Origin: a virus
Lineage: Duplodnaviria > Caudoviricetes
Length of the DNA stretch: 60,393 bases
Virus record (IMG/VR): IMGVR_UViG_3300046028_007120
Location: 1-60,393 of that record
Strand: one strand, 5' to 3'
Shown in pieces: positions 57,395 to 60,393 of the stretch (position 1 is its first letter; the number at the start of each line of letters is the position of its first letter). Both the position numbers and the translations under genes were made by a program. The notes beneath the pieces were generated by a model. That model saw nothing but the letters and a program-made list of their open reading frames with translations, was not told the DNA's origin and did not search any database.

Positions 57395-59218
57395 TTAAAA
57401 GAAATTAGTTCTGTTACCCTTAAAAATAAAATTACTCATCATGTGTGTATTCATCGCAATTGCTGAGAGACAAACTCTTTGATTTTTAATAGAAGCACCA
57501 AATTCAACAAAAGGATATTCAGTAGTATGGTTAGAGCTATATTCTGAAGCAACTACTATAGTATTATTAGCAACTAAGTTAATTTCCCCATAATATATGT
57601 CTCCCGTATATGAGTCTTCTACCTGCAAGACATATTTAGAACTCTTCATCGCTGATAAAGGAAACGCGTCTAATAAAGCATAGTTCTGCAAACCAGTCTT
57701 ATAGAAGAGATAATTAGGTTTTAGGTTTAGCTCAAAATAGTCATTGACACCAGACCCGTCACTATTGCCTAATATATAAGCTACATTAGCTGCTGATAGA
57801 ATTACAGTACTACCTGGTACAAGACCTAGATTACTACTCCACTCATTAGCTATGAAGTTAGCAATACTACTAGAAGTAACTACTATATTCTTATCAAAGT
57901 TTTGAATTAGGTAAGAATAAAGAGCAGCTACTCTAGAATTAAGATCATCTATCTGTACCTGTTCAGCTGAAACTACTGTTTGAAGACTACTGACGTCATA
58001 CGCATTGTTCGCTATAAGCTCTTCAAGTGTACCTTGAATATTATAGGTAGATGTAGTATTAAAATAGGTCGTGGTAGGTATATAAAGAGGCTGGACTTTA
58101 GTTAAAGATTCCTGCACTTCAGAATATAAGCCAGATATAGAAAGAATTTCTGTGCTACCATCAACAATTATCTCATTAGCTGCTTCAAAAGAGTACGGTA
58201 TATTAAACCAGTTAGTATTAACAGTTAAAGCAGCAGCACCAGCAACGCTCAATTGACCAGATACTGTACCACCAGACTTTGGTAAATAAGCCTCTGTACT
58301 TAATATTTGTGAAATAGTGTTACGAAATATTTCATTTATATCTCTACCTCCAGATAAAATTCTACCGTTAATGTCGAGACTTCCATTCATAGTACCTCCA
58401 TTAGCGTACTGAACAGCAACTGAACCTCCGCCGCCACCACCACCTCCTGACGATAGTTCAATTAACCTCTTAAGAGATGATATCTCCGTGGTAAACTTAC
58501 CAGCAATAGATTTCTCTAATTCTTTTTTAACAGCTTTAAGATCTATTTCTCTTACTGACCCGTTAGCTTCCTTAATGACAATATTAGGTACATCAGTCTT
58601 TAACTGCTCAATAGCACTTAGGATAGAATTCTCTCTTTCAATAATTAGATTAATACAGTCATCTCTAGTATTTTGATTGAGATTATTATTACTCTCTGTG
58701 ACTGATTTAATTCTATTATTAACTATCTTCTCTAGTCTATCTGTTAATTGCTTACTCGCTTCCTCAAGATTTTTCTGATCTAGACTCTTAGAGCTCTCTC
58801 TATTAAATCGTTTAGCTTTCTGTATATCTTCTAGTAGAGATTCTTTATTTTTAAAAACAATCTCGTTAAAGTCATCTGGTGCAATATCCTCTATAGTAAG
58901 TAAATCATCTACTATATTTTCAATACTCTCCTTATGACTTACATCCTGTACAAAAGAAGAATTATCCTTATTGAAGAGTGCACTAAACTCTCCCTGCTGC
59001 AGTACGAATGGCGCTGTATACTCTTTGCCCTCTATAACTAGAGGTATACTAATGACTGGTGAACCTTTATATTCATCAATCTTTTCTGCAATATACTTAC
59101 TACCATTTAGTTCAAGCTCATAGATATCAAAATATATCTCTTGATACTCTGGGACTGTTAAAACATTAATATTATGAGCTGTATTCTTTACTCTAATATT
59201 CTCATTAAACATTAACAT
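57395..59218 (-). CDS. Virion structural protein (coiled coil, Gly linker, fibre-like C-terminus)
   Basis: SGGGGGGGGSVAVQYANGGTMNG. GRILSGGRD is shared with 55077..57365. C-terminal SSKY..Q...EYS domain. Confidence 0.7.
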   Translation of the reverse strand: MLMFNENIRVKNTAHNINVLTVPEYQEIYFDIYELELNGSKYIAEKIDEYKGSPVISIPLVIEGKEYTAPFVLQQGEFSALFNKDNSSFVQDVSHKESIENIVDDLLTIEDIAPDDFNEIVFKNKESLLEDIQKAKRFNRESSKSLDQKNLEEASKQLTDRLEKIVNNRIKSVTESNNNLNQNTRDDCINLIIERENSILSAIEQLKTDVPNIVIKEANGSVREIDLKAVKKELEKSIAGKFTTEISSLKRLIELSSGGGGGGGGSVAVQYANGGTMNGSLDINGRILSGGRDINEIFRNTISQILSTEAYLPKSGGTVSGQLSVAGAAALTVNTNWFNIPYSFEAANEIIVDGSTEILSISGLYSEVQESLTKVQPLYIPTTTYFNTTSTYNIQGTLEELIANNAYDVSSLQTVVSAEQVQIDDLNSRVAALYSYLIQNFDKNIVVTSSSIANFIANEWSSNLGLVPGSTVILSAANVAYILGNSDGSGVNDYFELNLKPNYLFYKTGLQNYALLDAFPLSAMKSSKYVLQVEDSYTGDIYYGEINLVANNTIVVASEYSSNHTTEYPFVEFGASIKNQRVCLSAIAMNTHMMSNFIFKGNRTNFF

Positions 59219-59258
59219 ACACGTATTTAATGTAGACTAGACATATTACTAGTCAGTA

Positions 59259-59582
59259 TTAACGCTGCGGGTTAAGACTATAGTATTGTGTTCTGAAGTA
59301 AAGTGTTCCAGCGCCAGATGCAGTCTTAGCACTTACTTGTCCCGAATTAGTTATACCTCTTATCGTTGTACTCTCGTTTGAATCTAGAAGAAGTCTATTA
59401 GAATCTGTAGAGTATAATGAATCGTAGATATAAACAGACTGACCAGTCTTATTTATAATGATAACTTCGGAACAAGGATAAGCGCTTAGAGCTACTAATG
59501 CAGTGGAAACAGGTTGATTAAAAGACCTACAATCGTTGATGTTATAGAAGGTAGATCCATTATTGGTTGAAGATATCGCCAT
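59259..59582 (-). CDS. Small late virion protein
   Basis: Perfect TATAAATA at 59588-59595. Beta-rich, 107 aa. Confidence 0.65.
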   Translation of the reverse strand: MAISSTNNGSTFYNINDCRSFNQPVSTALVALSAYPCSEVIIINKTGQSVYIYDSLYSTDSNRLLLDSNESTTIRGITNSGQVSAKTASGAGTLYFRTQYYSLNPQR

Positions 59583-59587
59583 ATATT

Positions 59588-59595
59588 TATTTATA
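59588..59595 (-). promoter_or_regulatory. T4-type late promoter TATAAATA
   Basis: Perfect consensus 5 nt before the ATG at 59582. Confidence 0.7.
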
Positions 59596-59604
59596 ACAGA
59601 ACAT

Positions 59605-59632
59605 AAAAAAACCTCTACTATAGTAGAGGTTT
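59605..59632 (-). terminator. Intrinsic terminator after queF
   Basis: Palindrome AAACCTCTACTATAGTAGAGGTTT running into a T7 tract on the minus strand. Confidence 0.75.
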
Positions 59633-59651
59633 GTAAAGATTTTAACTAAGA

Positions 59652-60392
59652 CTACTGCCGCGGCAGCTTAATATGTAGAAACTCAGCATCACCTAGCTCT
59701 TTATGCTTCAATTTCTCATTTGAAACACGCTCAGGATTAATATCCCAAGACCCACGACGAGCATACAAGCACTTAACAGATAGAGACTCAGGCTGCAGAA
59801 CATCCCACAACCGCTTATAGATAGCCTCGCAAATCTCTTCATGGAAATGACACTCATCTCGGAATGATACAATATACTTCAATAGTGATAATGGCGTAAC
59901 GGTCTTTGAGCCTACATAAGAGATAAACACATCACCAGTATCAGGTTGCGAAGTAACTCGGCAACGTGATCTTAGTACTGCGCTATGGTAGTTATATGTT
60001 TGAAAGTCTGCACTATTAAACATATCATTAGGAGGAAGATCACCTCTTGAATCCAATATTTGTAGTAATTCAGGAGTCTCAGTATATGTATCAAACTCAT
60101 CTTTAACGCTGACAAAGGTATCTTCTAGAGTAACATATGCATTATGCGAGATAGTTTCTGAAGTATCAATATTCCATAGCTCACTAGCTACTTCAAAGTC
60201 TAATTCTAGAGCCTCGCGATTACTATAGATAAATACCTTTACCTCTGCTTCAACCAACTCCGACAAGTCTTTAGACGCACGAGCTTCAATCTCTCTCAAT
60301 ACTTCAGATGAAGTAGTACCTAGCTTAGTCATACTAAACGAATTGAAGTATAGCTTAACAGATTTAGACTCTACAATATACTTACTAGAGCC
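59652..60392 (-). CDS. queF: Bimodular NADPH-dependent preQ0 reductase, 5' end outside the window
   Basis: The frame stays open to the window edge and contains the QueF motif VESKSVKLYFNSF. Catalytic RSRCRVTSQPD, HFHEEICE, YARRG. Confidence 0.92.
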   Translation of the reverse strand, partial: GSSKYIVESKSVKLYFNSFSMTKLGTTSSEVLREIEARASKDLSELVEAEVKVFIYSNREALELDFEVASELWNIDTSETISHNAYVTLEDTFVSVKDEFDTYTETPELLQILDSRGDLPPNDMFNSADFQTYNYHSAVLRSRCRVTSQPDTGDVFISYVGSKTVTPLSLLKYIVSFRDECHFHEEICEAIYKRLWDVLQPESLSVKCLYARRGSWDINPERVSNEKLKHKELGDAEFLHIKLPRQ

Positions 60393-60393
60393 T

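Noticed and set aside
47821-57408. Many plus-strand and alternate-frame ORFs within the fibre genes
   Set aside because: They are antisense or frame shadows of long biased-codon genes, with no promoters or recognisable motifs.
1-60393. Stop-codon reassignment, tRNA genes, inteins
   Set aside because: Core genes are full length in the standard code and all three stops are used. No cloverleaf or intein motifs were noticed by eye, but tRNAscan was not run.

Overview
This window is a 60 kb, AT-rich segment of a large T4-like (gp23-type) myovirus genome, read in the standard code, with no host-chromosome signature. From left to right it holds five blocks. (1) A recombination and late-transcription block: gp46 (partial), gp47, gp55, uvsW, uvsY. 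(2) A late-promoter cluster of proteins with N-terminal leaders resembling head-targeting peptides, including a PD-(D/E)xK nuclease, a ligase-like protein, a HIGH nucleotidyltransferase and a retropepsin-like protease. (3) Scattered 7-deazaguanine genes (folE, queD, queE, and a bimodular queF at the right edge) together with phoH and a denV-like gene. (4) A 14 kb, 17-gene glycan-biosynthesis cluster: about 9 glycosyltransferases, 5 methyltransferases, a TPP enzyme, a Zn dehydrogenase and a sugar kinase. (5) A rearranged head/neck module (gp15-gp20-gp13-gp4-gp21-gp22-gp23) followed by repeat-rich fibre and lectin genes, including a 2540-aa fibre. The best candidate for an undescribed system is virion glycosylation: the glycan cluster plus a recurring [LIV]-S-[AGS] motif in surface virion proteins. 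A second candidate is a capsid-packaged enzyme cassette. Three promoter classes and several RNA hairpins were read directly from the sequence. All family assignments come from motif recognition by eye, with no database search.
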